Position numbers and translations under genes: made by a program | From: a virus | Taxonomy: Duplodnaviria; Caudoviricetes | IMG/VR virus record: IMGVR_UViG_3300045015_000053 | Direction: 5' to 3' (one strand) | Length of the DNA: 64,000 bases | Shown here: positions 1 to 9,315 of the stretch, one piece after another | How the letters are laid out: each line of letters opens with the position of its first letter | How positions within the stretch are numbered: position 1 is the first letter of the stretch | The notes under the pieces: model-generated | Told to the model about the DNA's origin: nothing | Seen by the model: only the letters and a program-made list of their open reading frames with translations | The model's database searches: none

Positions 1-186
1 CAGAGTGTCCCGATCCCAAAGCGAAGCAGACCATGCAGAGCTACTACTACTCCTTCTACGCTGGCGTGCGTAACGCGCTCATGCAGAGCAAATACGCGGA
101 GGTGTGGCCGGAAGAAAACCCTACATGGTGAGCGGCATCTCTTCGTACCCACTCATGCCGCTGACCGCTTATAAGTCAGCGTACTG

Positions 187-969
187 ATGGCTGATGTCGC
201 TCGGCAGATCGCAACTCACTACAACATCCCGTCAAATCCGTCCCTCGGCGTAGTCATCGGGACGTTCGGGACGCCGGGGTTTGTGCATCTGCATCTGGAA
301 GCAATGAAGCGTTACAACCCCGGTGTTCGGGTTCTGGTGTCGGACGACGCGAGTGGTCGCCCGGAGTTCGAGGGGTTGTGTCGTGAATACGGGGCCGAAT
401 TCGTCACCAACCCTCGCCGTCTGGGACACATCCCCGGCGATCTTTCCGCCATGTACAACGGCCTGCGTTGGGCCAGATCTAACGGTTTCGACCTTCTGGT
501 CAAGTTCTCTCGTCGTTGGCTCCCTCACAAAGAGTGGACCGACGATTTCAAAAACCTAGCAGTCAGAACTCAACACCACACTTTCAGCAGCAAGTGCAGT
601 TGGAGCGGTTTTTCGTTCAGGAGCGAGTCGCTCGGCATGTCGGCCGTCGCTTGGCACCCGTTCGTTTACGAGCTTGAAAAAGTTGTCCAAGATGCTGCTT
701 CACCCAACTGGGTCGAGTATTGGTTGCACGACCGGGCGATCAACATGCAGGCCAATTTTCCCGCCTACCAGTACGAATCGCCCGCCAAAGGCTATGTCGA
801 ATGGGAGGCGATGTTCGGCAACCGAAGTCGCAAAGTGAACCCGCCCGGTGTTTTTTGGCACAACGCTACTCGTACAGAAGAGTACGTCGCGTTGGCGCGT
901 TCGTGGGGTTTGCCGACCGATGACAATTACTTCACCTACCAACTGGAACAGGACAAACACGATGATTGA
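187..969 (+). CDS. glycosyltransferase family 2-like protein
   Basis: GT-A-like N-terminus (VVIGTFG...VLVSDDASG) and LLVKFS strand; 260 aa. Confidence 0.55.
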   Translation: MADVARQIATHYNIPSNPSLGVVIGTFGTPGFVHLHLEAMKRYNPGVRVLVSDDASGRPEFEGLCREYGAEFVTNPRRLGHIPGDLSAMYNGLRWARSNGFDLLVKFSRRWLPHKEWTDDFKNLAVRTQHHTFSSKCSWSGFSFRSESLGMSAVAWHPFVYELEKVVQDAASPNWVEYWLHDRAINMQANFPAYQYESPAKGYVEWEAMFGNRSRKVNPPGVFWHNATRTEEYVALARSWGLPTDDNYFTYQLEQDKHDD

Positions 970-1273
970 GCAAGATCACTGGGCCGTGTTCGTCTTTTAT
1001 TCTTCACACACTGAGCAGGGTAAAGCCGGTTCGGTCACACAGGCACAGAACCAGCTTCACGGCCTTTTGGCCGAGTGCGATCCGGGGTACGCCACGGGAA
1101 TGATCGTCCAGATGAAAGAGGGGGACGGGTTTCCGCCGCACGCGGCTCCAGAAGATCGCAAGGGTTATTTCGCCCTGTCGGAAGACGGGTCGATGAGGAT
1201 GATTTCGCGGGAAGAGGTTTACAAGCTGGCGTTGTCGGCTTATAGTGTCAGGGCTGGTAAGTTACCCAACTGA
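962..1273 (+). CDS. hypothetical protein
   Basis: ATG at 962 overlaps the upstream stop; 3' part of track ORF 848..1273. Confidence 0.55.
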   Translation: MIEQDHWAVFVFYSSHTEQGKAGSVTQAQNQLHGLLAECDPGYATGMIVQMKEGDGFPPHAAPEDRKGYFALSEDGSMRMISREEVYKLALSAYSVRAGKLPN

Positions 1274-1297
1274 TTACTTTAACCCCCGCAGAAAGCC

Positions 1298-1651
1298 ATG
1301 AAAGAAAAGTTCCAGATGCTGGCCCGCGTCCTCACCGCGATGACCGACGGCAAGGCCACCGCGAAGGACAAGGCCAAGTTCCGCGAAGACCTGATCGCCA
1401 CGTCCGGCGACACCAACAAGGACGGCACCGCGAAGACCTACGCGGACTATGACGCGGACGAACGCGGCGAGATCGATGAGGTGGTGGACGCCCTGTTCGG
1501 CCTCGGCGACGTGATCGACACCGTCTACGAAGCCCGCGCCCGGCTGACTTTCAAGTTCTTCACCGCGCTCAAGAAGGCCGGCTTCGATGAGAAGTCCGCT
1601 CTGCTCATCACCGCGCACCAGCAGAACGTCACGATGACCGACAGCAACTGA
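1298..1651 (+). CDS. hypothetical protein
   Basis: 117-aa ORF with strong GC3 codon bias. Confidence 0.7.
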   Translation: MKEKFQMLARVLTAMTDGKATAKDKAKFREDLIATSGDTNKDGTAKTYADYDADERGEIDEVVDALFGLGDVIDTVYEARARLTFKFFTALKKAGFDEKSALLITAHQQNVTMTDSN

Positions 1652-1667
1652 TCGGGACGCGACGGCC

Positions 1668-1982
1668 ATGAAGTTCTCACTCATCTCCTGCGGCAAGCCG
1701 ACCACGCCGGTTCCCGGCGTGGACGGTCAATACATCGCGTACTGCCCCCGTTGCGACGACAGCGAACTCTTCGCAACGCGGGGCGGTTTCACCGGCGTCG
1801 AACACTGCTACGGCTGCGGCTTGGAAAAGGAAGTACGCGGCCTCAAGCAACGCGACATCGACGGCCTGATTCTTTCTTCTTGGAGCCACTGGCAGAGATG
1901 GCCCCTCTTGCCTTATAATTGGCACGAGAAGACCGAGGAAGAGAAGATGAAGATTCTCTTCCCCAAGAGGGCCAAGACATGA
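1668..1982 (+). CDS. hypothetical Zn-ribbon protein
   Basis: CPRC...CYGC pairs. Confidence 0.6.
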   Translation: MKFSLISCGKPTTPVPGVDGQYIAYCPRCDDSELFATRGGFTGVEHCYGCGLEKEVRGLKQRDIDGLILSSWSHWQRWPLLPYNWHEKTEEEKMKILFPKRAKT

Positions 1983-2281
1983 TAAGCCGTCTTACGGCGA
2001 TGATTATCGCCTCTCGCGACGACATCCACTGCACCAGTGCCGGTCCCGTCGATGGTAAGTACCTCGGCTGGATCACACTCGGTGCAGATGATCGTTTTCG
2101 GCCGCTGTTGAACACCGAGCCGCATTACGCCTCGGCACAGGAAGCGGTCGCCGCGATGGAGGCCATCGTCAAAGAGATCCGCGACAAAGAGTCGAAACCC
2201 AAGTGCGAAGAATGCGGCGGGAGCGGTTACGGGATCTACGGACAGCCCGGCGACACGCCCTGCGCCGCGTGCAACTCGTGA
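1979..2281 (+). CDS. hypothetical protein with C-terminal DnaJ-like Zn-finger motif
   Basis: CEECGGSG...CAAC; ATGA overlap with the upstream gene. Confidence 0.6.
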   Translation: MISRLTAMIIASRDDIHCTSAGPVDGKYLGWITLGADDRFRPLLNTEPHYASAQEAVAAMEAIVKEIRDKESKPKCEECGGSGYGIYGQPGDTPCAACNS

Positions 2282-2288
2282 GGCGAAC

Positions 2289-2576
2289 GTGGGCAACACC
2301 AAGAAGCTCGAAGCGATCACAATGAGTCCGGCCGTCATCGAGGCCATCAACGAAGAACTCGCATACCAAGCGACCCTACCCGGCAGTGGTCGCGCTGATG
2401 CGAACGATCACGGCGTGGCGGGCCAACTCGTCACCCTTCAGGTCTACACGGCCGAAGCGATGGTGGCGTGGACGAAAACGGCCGGGGACGAAAAGGCTCT
2501 GGGCGCACTGAGGAAAGTGGCGGCGATTGCGATTCGCGCTCTCGAACAACACGGATGCCCGCGACGAAATCAGTAA
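2289..2576 (+). CDS. hypothetical protein
   Basis: GTG start after GAGG RBS. Confidence 0.65.
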   Translation: MGNTKKLEAITMSPAVIEAINEELAYQATLPGSGRADANDHGVAGQLVTLQVYTAEAMVAWTKTAGDEKALGALRKVAAIAIRALEQHGCPRRNQ

Positions 2577-2624
2577 TCTTGGTCTATACTGACGCCTCGT
2601 CGGTTACTCCAAGAGGAACGGGAA

Positions 2625-3173
2625 ATGAACGCTTTCTTAGACTGGGTTCTGCCGATGAACTGCAACTGGTTCATCCTGTGGTGCATTCTGGCGGTGGTCG
2701 CGACGATCCTCGCTTGGTGCTGGACCGCGAGCGACAACACGACTTCTGAGTTGGTCAACGGGGTGCGTGTCGAACACTACCACGGCGTCTACGCCTTCTC
2801 GAAGGGTGTCTTCTCGCTGGCGGTGACGGTGATCGCCCTGAGCGTGTTCGTCTGGCTGATCTACTCCGCGAGCCGCGACCTCGAAGTCGAACACGAGGAG
2901 AGGATCGAGATCAAGCCGGTGAAGTACCCGGACGGCAAGGTCGTCCAGATGTTCACCTGCAACGACAAGAACTACAACTGCAACTCGCTCTACTCGTGTT
3001 CGCCGCCGGAAGGCAGTTACATTCGGCGTGTGGTTTACAAGAAGGTGTACGTCGGCGTATACTGGCCTGCGAACCGGGTCAACCGCCGGTCGAGCAACGA
3101 CGACGCCTTCTTCCTTGTGACGCCCAATGGGGTAGACAAGAAGGCCGATAAAATGGAACCAGCCACTAACTAA
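2625..3173 (+). CDS. hypothetical membrane protein
   Basis: two hydrophobic segments (WFILWCILAVVATILAWCW; VFSLAVTVIALSVFVWLIY). Confidence 0.7.
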   Translation: MNAFLDWVLPMNCNWFILWCILAVVATILAWCWTASDNTTSELVNGVRVEHYHGVYAFSKGVFSLAVTVIALSVFVWLIYSASRDLEVEHEERIEIKPVKYPDGKVVQMFTCNDKNYNCNSLYSCSPPEGSYIRRVVYKKVYVGVYWPANRVNRRSSNDDAFFLVTPNGVDKKADKMEPATN

Positions 3174-3224
3174 GCAGAAGAACCTCGAACCGCCAGCAAA
3201 CGGGAGAACCGCCGCCATGCTCGT

Positions 3225-3270
3225 CCTCTGAGTGATTTCTGAAACATCACAATCACTTAGAGGGGCGTGC
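3225..3270. promoter_or_regulatory. 13-bp hairpin upstream of a gene
   Basis: CCTCTGAGTGATT pairs with AATCACTTAGAGG (one G-T pair). Confidence 0.45.
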
Positions 3271-3288
3271 GCACGCACGTCAGCGGTC

Positions 3289-3675
3289 ATGGCACAATCA
3301 TTCACGATGCGGTTCGCGTTCTTTTTTCCAGAACGTAGCAAAGGTATTTTCTGGAGCGGCCCGTATCAGGTTTACGCGAAGACGGTCAACGAGGCGAAGG
3401 ACATCCTGACGGACGCGGTTCTGAAAGAGACGCGGCGCGAAGACGGCCCGCTCTACCAGATCAGCCTCCTCGAATGCGAGAACCGGCTGAACCCCGGCCG
3501 CAACGAAGAACACTACTGTTGCATCAACATCGGCATCGCCGAAGAGATCCACAAGCGTGCGGTGTTCCGCGAGCAGTTCGAGTGGAAGAAATACCTCGAA
3601 AAGAGGTTCCCGAAGGGCGTACCCAAGATCAGGAGCTTGGACGCCGAATGGGACTGGGGCGATGGAGATCTGTGA
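3289..3675 (+). CDS. hypothetical protein
   Basis: ATG at 3289 within track ORF 3232..3675. Confidence 0.6.
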   Translation: MAQSFTMRFAFFFPERSKGIFWSGPYQVYAKTVNEAKDILTDAVLKETRREDGPLYQISLLECENRLNPGRNEEHYCCINIGIAEEIHKRAVFREQFEWKKYLEKRFPKGVPKIRSLDAEWDWGDGDL

Positions 3676-3884
3676 TGTCGCTTTACAGAACGTATACTGG
3701 CGCGGCGAACGAAGAACAGGCACTGCAAAGGACTTTCGCTCGGCGAGCCTACGCGATTTGGCTCGCCGAGGGCAAACCGCTTGGCAAGGAAGAAGAACAC
3801 ATGCGGCGAGCCAAAGAGGAATACGCGGAAGCTCAGGAAGCGATCCGGCTCAGAGAACTCGAAGAATCGAAAAAACGGAGATAG
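3675..3884 (+). CDS. DUF2934-like small protein
   Basis: RRAYAIWLAEGKPLGKEEEHMRRA matches the DUF2934 pattern RAYxxWxxEGxP. Confidence 0.65.
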   Translation: MSLYRTYTGAANEEQALQRTFARRAYAIWLAEGKPLGKEEEHMRRAKEEYAEAQEAIRLRELEESKKRR

Positions 3885-3913
3885 TCATGTTGTAGGTTAA
3901 CGATTGTCGCGAG

Positions 3914-4147
3914 GTGGTTTTCCACTTCAACAAGGCCAGCATCCAAGACCCCACGGTTCCGCCGTGGGTCGTCAAGGCGAAGGGCCAGACGTATTACGTC
4001 ATGCACGTTACCGCGTCGGCCCCGTGGTCTACGAAGGAAACCCCCGACAACGCCCACACGAAGGGCAGCATCAAGTTCAAGAACGTGGACGTGGTCATTG
4101 ACGACGAGAACTGCGCCGAGATCACCCCTGCGAAAGATTCGTCATGA
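3914..4147 (+). CDS. hypothetical protein
   Basis: 77-aa ORF overlapping the next gene by ATGA. Confidence 0.6.
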   Translation: MVFHFNKASIQDPTVPPWVVKAKGQTYYVMHVTASAPWSTKETPDNAHTKGSIKFKNVDVVIDDENCAEITPAKDSS

Positions 4148-4413
4148 AAGCCTTCAAATACGTCTTGTTGGTCTTGTTTGTCTTGTCCGTCTTCACAGGG
4201 ATGATTTTGGTTGTGCGGCAAGACAGCGTGAGACGATGGGACGCATACTACGAGAGACGAAATCAAGCAGTTCAACAGGCTTACGACGAAGGTCGGGCCG
4301 CTGCTTCGCAGGGCATTCCTGTGCAAGCATGCCCATACGGGACCAACAAAGCACACTCTGCCGAAGGCTGGAAACGCGGATGGATTGATGCTACTCAGTC
4401 GAAAGGTAAATAG
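4144..4413 (+). CDS. membrane-anchored Rmf/CrpP-fold protein
   Basis: N-terminal TM, then AYDEGRAAASQG...CPY...WKRGW (ribosome modulation factor-like pattern). Confidence 0.55.
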   Translation: MKAFKYVLLVLFVLSVFTGMILVVRQDSVRRWDAYYERRNQAVQQAYDEGRAAASQGIPVQACPYGTNKAHSAEGWKRGWIDATQSKGK

Positions 4414-4415
4414 TC

Positions 4416-4868
4416 ATGGGCGTCCATCGTAAAAGGCCAAGTGGCGAGCCGCGTCGGGCGTACTATCCGTCCGGCCCGTGGATCGACGGCATCAAGCCGC
4501 CGGGGTACGACGACCACCGGCCGGGCGTGGCGATTCCCGAACCGCCACCCCCGCCTTTGGGCAACCCCGACCCTGACAACTACCAGATCGTGAAGGCCGA
4601 AGAACACGGCAAGTGGTTGATCCTTCAGATGAAATACCCGGACTGCACGAATTTTGAAGGGCAGAAGATCCTCGTCTTCAAAGACACGACGTTGATCGAG
4701 TTGGTCAACCAGAAGTTGATCGACCCGCACTTCTTCAACGACAAGAAGTTCAAGTCCCCGGTCGCGCGGTTCGTGCCGACTGACGAAGGGTGGGCAATGG
4801 CTCAGATCTTCGTGAACGCGATGATCGCCAAAGCTGACAGCAAGGTTTCAGGAGCGACCAAGCGATGA
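4416..4868 (+). CDS. hypothetical protein
   Basis: 150-aa ORF with Pro-rich N-terminus. Confidence 0.7.
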   Translation: MGVHRKRPSGEPRRAYYPSGPWIDGIKPPGYDDHRPGVAIPEPPPPPLGNPDPDNYQIVKAEEHGKWLILQMKYPDCTNFEGQKILVFKDTTLIELVNQKLIDPHFFNDKKFKSPVARFVPTDEGWAMAQIFVNAMIAKADSKVSGATKR

Positions 4869-5098
4869 CCCGCAAGGAACTTCAAGACATCGCCACGTCG
4901 TTACTGATGCGGCGAAACTTCATCGAGACTGGTACGGTCACGATGTCGGCGAACGACGCCGTGGCAGCGAAGAAACACAATCTGATCAAGGCTCTGGAGC
5001 CTCAGCAGAAAGAAACGATCCGGCGGCTGGAAAGTCTTCATGCAAAATTCCAGCGTGCGGCCTTTGAAAAGCCGGACGACGAAGATACAATGCCTTGA
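4865..5098 (+). CDS. hypothetical protein
   Basis: ATGA-coupled ORF. Confidence 0.55.
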   Translation: MTRKELQDIATSLLMRRNFIETGTVTMSANDAVAAKKHNLIKALEPQQKETIRRLESLHAKFQRAAFEKPDDEDTMP

Positions 5099-5292
5099 TG
5101 ATCACCATCAATGCTGTTGTTAATGACGGACCAGTCCGACTCAGTGAACCGCAGTCCGTCGAAGTTTATGTGGGGGCAATGGAGTCTTACGAGGTTTTCC
5201 ATCTGGGCGGCGTGCGTTGGAAATTCCCGACCGGGATGGTCGAAGACCTTTTGACGGAATTCAAAAAGAAACGCGCCGAAGAGGATACATAA
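5098..5292 (+). CDS. hypothetical protein
   Basis: TGATG-coupled ORF. Confidence 0.55.
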   Translation: MITINAVVNDGPVRLSEPQSVEVYVGAMESYEVFHLGGVRWKFPTGMVEDLLTEFKKKRAEEDT

Positions 5293-5417
5293 TAGTTGAC
5301 TGGCTTAGGTGCCTAAGACAACTCGTGCCGCCTTCGGGCGACTCTGCGGTTCTGGTGGTTTCGACTACCGCTCACGCGGAACGGCATTATACGATTGTCA
5401 CCATCGAGCCGTCACTT

Positions 5418-5488
5418 GCGACCATGATGTAGCGGTAGCCTAGAACTTTGCCAAAGTTCATGTCCGGGTTCGACTCCCGGTGGTCGCT
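5418..5488 (+). tRNA. tRNA-Gly(GCC)
   Basis: acceptor GCGACCA/TGGTCGC, anticodon arm GAACT-TTGCCAA-AGTTC, T-loop TTCGACT; no encoded CCA. Confidence 0.9.
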
Positions 5489-5491
5489 CTC

Positions 5492-5520
5492 AACCCCCGG
5501 TAACACGGGGGTTTTCTTTT
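5492..5520 (+). terminator. intrinsic terminator
   Basis: ACCCCCG-GTAACA-CGGGGGT followed by a T-tract. Confidence 0.65.
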
Positions 5521-5532
5521 TGGAGGTCGTCA

Positions 5533-5739
5533 ATGAACATCGCCAAAGCAACCAAAGCGTTCGAGATCATTTCCAAGTACGACAAGAAGGGCGAGATCGG
5601 CGTCGGCCACGACGTGCTGTACGCCGGTGGCGGGAAGAAAGCAGAACCAGAGAAGATGGAGAAAGCCGATCTTGAGGCTCTTGAAAAGCTCGGCTGGATG
5701 TGGAGCGAAGAAAGTTATTCTTGGTTTTGTTTTGTGTGA
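5533..5739 (+). CDS. hypothetical protein
   Basis: GGAGG RBS, 68 aa. Confidence 0.7.
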   Translation: MNIAKATKAFEIISKYDKKGEIGVGHDVLYAGGGKKAEPEKMEKADLEALEKLGWMWSEESYSWFCFV

Positions 5740-5758
5740 ACCACGCTCTACTACGCGC

Positions 5759-6370
5759 ATGGAAAAACAAACATGCAGTTCGCACCCTGCTGCCAAAAAG
5801 TGCAAATCCGCTTCCTCCCCCAACTGGGGCCGTCAGGGGCAGTGGGTGAAGTATGCCGCTCACGAGAAGTGCTGCAACCAGAAGGATGACGGGATGACAC
5901 ACGGGCCGGACGACCACTACGTCCACGGCCGCAGCGAGTACGATCTCCCGCTTACCGGGGGATTGTGTGGCGTCGGGATCGGCGGCAAACGCAAGCTCGC
6001 CAAGTACGCCTCTTCGATGGACAACTGGGCCGAAGCCTATATCGAGTCCGAACTCGCACACGTCGAAGAGTTGCGGAAACTGGGCGAGCGGTTCGTGGCA
6101 CTCGACGGCGCGTACCGGGCCAGACTGAGGAAGACCGAGAACGAGTACGCCGAAGCTCTCGAACAGGGTTTCGAGGAAGCTTACGCGGTCGTCGTAGAAG
6201 TTCAGGCCGAACTGAAGAAGGTCAAGGACGAGCTTGTGCGGTGCTACGAGGTGATGTCGCGGTGTTGCCCCGGCGAACTGCCGAAGCAAGACGCGGGTGT
6301 TGAGAAGGACGAGTGGCCGAGCATCAAGGAAGCCGGTTGTTGCAACCGCAAGCAAGTTCGAGTAGCATGA
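5759..6370 (+). CDS. hypothetical protein with coiled-coil C-terminus
   Basis: ATG at 5759 in track ORF 5627..6370. Confidence 0.6.
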   Translation: MEKQTCSSHPAAKKCKSASSPNWGRQGQWVKYAAHEKCCNQKDDGMTHGPDDHYVHGRSEYDLPLTGGLCGVGIGGKRKLAKYASSMDNWAEAYIESELAHVEELRKLGERFVALDGAYRARLRKTENEYAEALEQGFEEAYAVVVEVQAELKKVKDELVRCYEVMSRCCPGELPKQDAGVEKDEWPSIKEAGCCNRKQVRVA

Positions 6371-6397
6371 ATAAATAGTGCCGATGGCTTGGCACAT

Positions 6398-6465
6398 GGC
6401 CCGTCCGCTGGTGCGGCGTTGAGGTTTCGACCCTCGACCGAGCAGTCCGATTCTGCTATGGGTCT
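6398..6465 (+). tRNA. non-canonical compact tRNA-like gene, Arg anticodon UCG
   Basis: GGCCCGT|CCGC-TGGT-GCGG|C|GTTGAGG-TTTCGAC-CCTCGAC|CG|AGCAG-TCCGATT-CTGCT|ATGGGTC|T; ATAAATA motif at 6371. Confidence 0.7.
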
Positions 6466-6467
6466 TT

Positions 6468-6692
6468 ATGGGACTTTTCAAACACAGGGTCTGGGACCGT
6501 TCAAAGCAGACGTACTTCATCTTGCGCCGGGGTACGCCCTGGAAGGTCATGGACATGAAGGGCGAACGCACGGTTGCTGACTACCCGGCGTTCCTTTACA
6601 ATGGTCTGTTGGAAGAACGTGTCTGTTTCGCCGCGAGCGACGAGGCAGTTGTCGAGATCATGAAGAAGCACGCCGAGGGGAAGTTCCCGTGA
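6468..6692 (+). CDS. hypothetical protein
   Basis: coupled small ORF. Confidence 0.55.
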   Translation: MGLFKHRVWDRSKQTYFILRRGTPWKVMDMKGERTVADYPAFLYNGLLEERVCFAASDEAVVEIMKKHAEGKFP

Positions 6693-6880
6693 AAGCGAAC
6701 GAACGCAAGATGCACGTCGAGCTTAACAAGCGATGGCTGTCCGAGGACAACCGCCTGCCCCGGTGGAACCATCTGAGGGACCGCTGTGGGTTGGAGCCGC
6801 TGACGCTCGAACAGGCCGCTGAACTGATGGCGGTCAACAAGCAAGTCGATAAGGACATCAGGGAATACTTGGAGGGTTGA
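6689..6880 (+). CDS. hypothetical protein
   Basis: GTGA overlap. Confidence 0.55.
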   Translation: MKANERKMHVELNKRWLSEDNRLPRWNHLRDRCGLEPLTLEQAAELMAVNKQVDKDIREYLEG

Positions 6881-7092
6881 TGAAGAAGTACGTTGCCGTT
6901 TTGAAAGAAGGCAGTGACACGTCAAAGTTTCAAGCGGCAGTTGAAGAGATGGGCGGGGTGGTCCGCGATGCGAACGTCAAATACATCTTGGTCGAACTCC
7001 CCGGCGCGGCCGGCGACTTGAAGAAGCTCCGAGCGATTCCCGAAGTGAGAATCGCCGATACCGTCAAATACGCCAAACCAGCGGGGAGTTGA
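6880..7092 (+). CDS. hypothetical protein (ACT/ferredoxin-like alpha/beta pattern)
   Basis: TGATG overlap; GGAGG RBS. Confidence 0.55.
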   Translation: MKKYVAVLKEGSDTSKFQAAVEEMGGVVRDANVKYILVELPGAAGDLKKLRAIPEVRIADTVKYAKPAGS

Positions 7093-7095
7093 AGC

Positions 7096-7314
7096 ATGTG
7101 GGCTTACAAAGCGGATACGACCGTCTACGTTGAGGAAAGCTGGTACGACATCCTGTTTCAAGGGTTCATCGCTTTCTGGTTCGCTTTTTGGATCTTGATC
7201 GTTGCCGTTTTGTTCTCGCCGTTTGGAGCGGCGTGGGCGGCATACCGTCAATACAGGTACTCAAACTGCCCGCTGCCCGAAACCGAAGTTCGCGAGCGAG
7301 CGCATTTGGGGTAA
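7096..7314 (+). CDS. hypothetical membrane protein
   Basis: hydrophobic segment FIAFWFAFWILIVAVLF. Confidence 0.55.
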   Translation: MWAYKADTTVYVEESWYDILFQGFIAFWFAFWILIVAVLFSPFGAAWAAYRQYRYSNCPLPETEVRERAHLG

Positions 7315-7329
7315 CGCGAGGGCTGTGAC

Positions 7330-7539
7330 GTGAACGAAGATTTCGATTCTTTCGTGGTCTACTACGTCGCTTGGCACGAAGGCGAGTTCAACCTCCAGAC
7401 CATGAAGAAGATGGTGCTGGATGACATCGGCCAAGAGGGTCTGACGAACGCTCTGATCGTTTTCAGAGCCAAGCGTTTGGAGCGTGAGTCGAGGGGCGAC
7501 TACCGCACATTGTTCCAAGCAATGCAGGCGTCACCATGA
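7330..7539 (+). CDS. hypothetical protein
   Basis: coupled ORF. Confidence 0.5.
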   Translation: MNEDFDSFVVYYVAWHEGEFNLQTMKKMVLDDIGQEGLTNALIVFRAKRLERESRGDYRTLFQAMQASP

Positions 7540-7832
7540 AGCCCGGCAAGTACATCTGGAAGGCCAAGCACCACGCGGTCATTCACAACGGCAACGAGTA
7601 CAAATTGTTCTCGCCCGCGCCACGCATCTTCTCTTCGAGCGTATACGACATCAACTCCTACTCGGACTTTGAGTACGGGATCAACTCGCGGTTGGTCCTG
7701 AGAATGAACAGATTCTTTGTCACGGTTGACGACCGCCATCTTCAAAAATGGGTGTGCGGCGGCTCGGTCGCTTATCCGACAGGATGGAACGGTGACGCGA
7801 ACGGGGTGTATTTCGGCGGAAGGGTGAACTGA
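7536..7832 (+). CDS. hypothetical protein
   Basis: ATGA overlap. Confidence 0.55.
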   Translation: MKPGKYIWKAKHHAVIHNGNEYKLFSPAPRIFSSSVYDINSYSDFEYGINSRLVLRMNRFFVTVDDRHLQKWVCGGSVAYPTGWNGDANGVYFGGRVN

Positions 7833-8113
7833 TGAAGTGGGAAGTTTCAATTCCGCCGCCGTCCGCAGCGAGGATGGCGGGAACCGGGAAGCTGTTTGTC
7901 CAGGTGTCTGACGGGTGGTGTGCGCACCGACCCGAACAACTCTTCTTCGCCCCCGAACACACGACCGTCCAGTTCGACGTGGGCGACGATTACGAGTGGA
8001 TCGGTGCGAGGACGACGATGGACGGGCCGAACTTCACGGTTTGGATCGAATACAATAACTCAACTGGCAGTCGCCAAGAGAAGATCAGGCTCGTGCCTGG
8101 GAAGGTGGAATAA
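7832..8113 (+). CDS. hypothetical protein
   Basis: TGATG overlap. Confidence 0.55.
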   Translation: MKWEVSIPPPSAARMAGTGKLFVQVSDGWCAHRPEQLFFAPEHTTVQFDVGDDYEWIGARTTMDGPNFTVWIEYNNSTGSRQEKIRLVPGKVE

Positions 8114-8433
8114 TGGGTCAAAAGCAACTGACACGCGAACAGATCATCAACAGGATCATCGGTTTCGATTTCTTGGAGTGGTACGAGCGGCTTCTCGACA
8201 TCAAGGCCGTAATTGATCTTCCAAAACCAAAGAACGGCGTGTATCATCAAGGTCCAGTGACAAAGCCCAAACCGGCTTCGATCTTTGAAACGGGAACTGT
8301 CGGATTCGCTCCGACCGATGAACCACGTCGAAAGTACCGGCACAGGTTCGATTCCGTGTCAACGGAAAGCGAATTCGGGGACACGAATGAGTGGAACAAG
8401 CGGTCGAAAGCGAAAAAACTTGGAAAAGGCTGA
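8113..8433 (+). CDS. hypothetical protein
   Basis: TAATG overlap. Confidence 0.55.
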   Translation: MGQKQLTREQIINRIIGFDFLEWYERLLDIKAVIDLPKPKNGVYHQGPVTKPKPASIFETGTVGFAPTDEPRRKYRHRFDSVSTESEFGDTNEWNKRSKAKKLGKG

Positions 8434-8504
8434 ACCTTTGGCGTACTAGATACGTCAAAGTTGTGGTCACACCTGCGGGCAGGTTTTGTCCCTCCCGCAT
8501 CGAA

Positions 8505-8573
8505 GCCCCTGCCAGCGGTCTGGCTCTATCCCTCCGAAGGATGGTTGCGAAAGTCCGACTCTTTCCAGGGGTA
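8505..8573 (+). tRNA. non-canonical compact tRNA-like gene, Arg anticodon CCG
   Basis: GCCCCTG|CCAG-CGGT-CTGG|C|TCTATCC-CTCCGAA-GGATGGT|TGC|GAAAG-TCCGACT-CTTTC|CAGGGGT|A. Confidence 0.7.
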
Positions 8574-8577
8574 TTTT

Positions 8578-8610
8578 GTACCTCCGAAGCAATTTTTGCT
8601 TCGGAGGTAC
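8578..8610. repeat. 14-bp perfect inverted repeat covering the GGAGG upstream of the HNH gene
   Basis: GTACCTCCGAAGCA-ATTTT-TGCTTCGGAGGTAC. Confidence 0.85.
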
Positions 8611-8622
8611 TCGTTTACAGGT

Positions 8623-9099
8623 ATGAAAACATGCCACAAATGTTGCAAGTGCAAAGAACTTGAACAGTTCCCGATCAACCGTAGTCGCAAAGATGGTCGT
8701 AGTGAAACTTGTTTACTCTGTAAACGAGAGTACAATCGTATCCACTACAAAAACAATCGCTCTTATTACATGGACAAGGCTCAAGCGGCAAGAGATCGTT
8801 TGAAGGAGGCTTTTCGTCAATTGAAAAGCGAGATGAAATGCAGTCGTTGTCCAGAGACTCATGTTGCGGCTTTGCAATTCCATCATACCGATCCTTCTAA
8901 GAAGGAATTCTCCATTTCGATGGCGGTACAATCCAATTGGTCAAAAGACAGAATCATGAATGAGATTGCTAAGTGTGAAGTTTTGTGCGCCAATTGCCAC
9001 CTCAAACATCATTGGAGCGAACGGCATGCTTCCGACCTCCCGATGGAAGTTACGGCAAACGCTCATCAAGGTGTACCAGAGCAAGATCGAACACCTTGA
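8623..9099 (+). CDS. HNH homing endonuclease
   Basis: N-terminal CxxC Zn module; KCSRC...LQFHH...KCEVLCANCHLKHH. Confidence 0.85.
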   Translation: MKTCHKCCKCKELEQFPINRSRKDGRSETCLLCKREYNRIHYKNNRSYYMDKAQAARDRLKEAFRQLKSEMKCSRCPETHVAALQFHHTDPSKKEFSISMAVQSNWSKDRIMNEIAKCEVLCANCHLKHHWSERHASDLPMEVTANAHQGVPEQDRTP

Positions 9100-9313
9100 G
9101 GGCGGCATACGTTCGGCTCTGGGGATCGTCGGGGATCTGATCGACGCATCCGACTACGAAGGCGCGGCGAGCATTCAAGTCGTAATCGCCCAAGACGAGC
9201 AAACGCTCGCCGAGTTGAGAGAAAAACTTGAACTCGTCAGTGACGAGGACGAGTTCAACAAAATGGCAGACCACTTTGAGGGTGAAGTGGAAGAGGAACC
9301 GTTCCTCGAATAG
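9026..9313 (+). CDS. hypothetical protein
   Basis: ATG at 9026 overlapping the HNH 3' end in another frame. Confidence 0.55.
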   Translation: MLPTSRWKLRQTLIKVYQSKIEHLEGGIRSALGIVGDLIDASDYEGAASIQVVIAQDEQTLAELREKLELVSDEDEFNKMADHFEGEVEEEPFLE

Positions 9314-9315
9314 AA

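Noticed and set aside
8548-8560. GAAAGTCCG resembling the RNase P RNA signature
   Set aside because: It is the T arm of the Arg(CCG) tRNA-like element, and no RNase P body follows.
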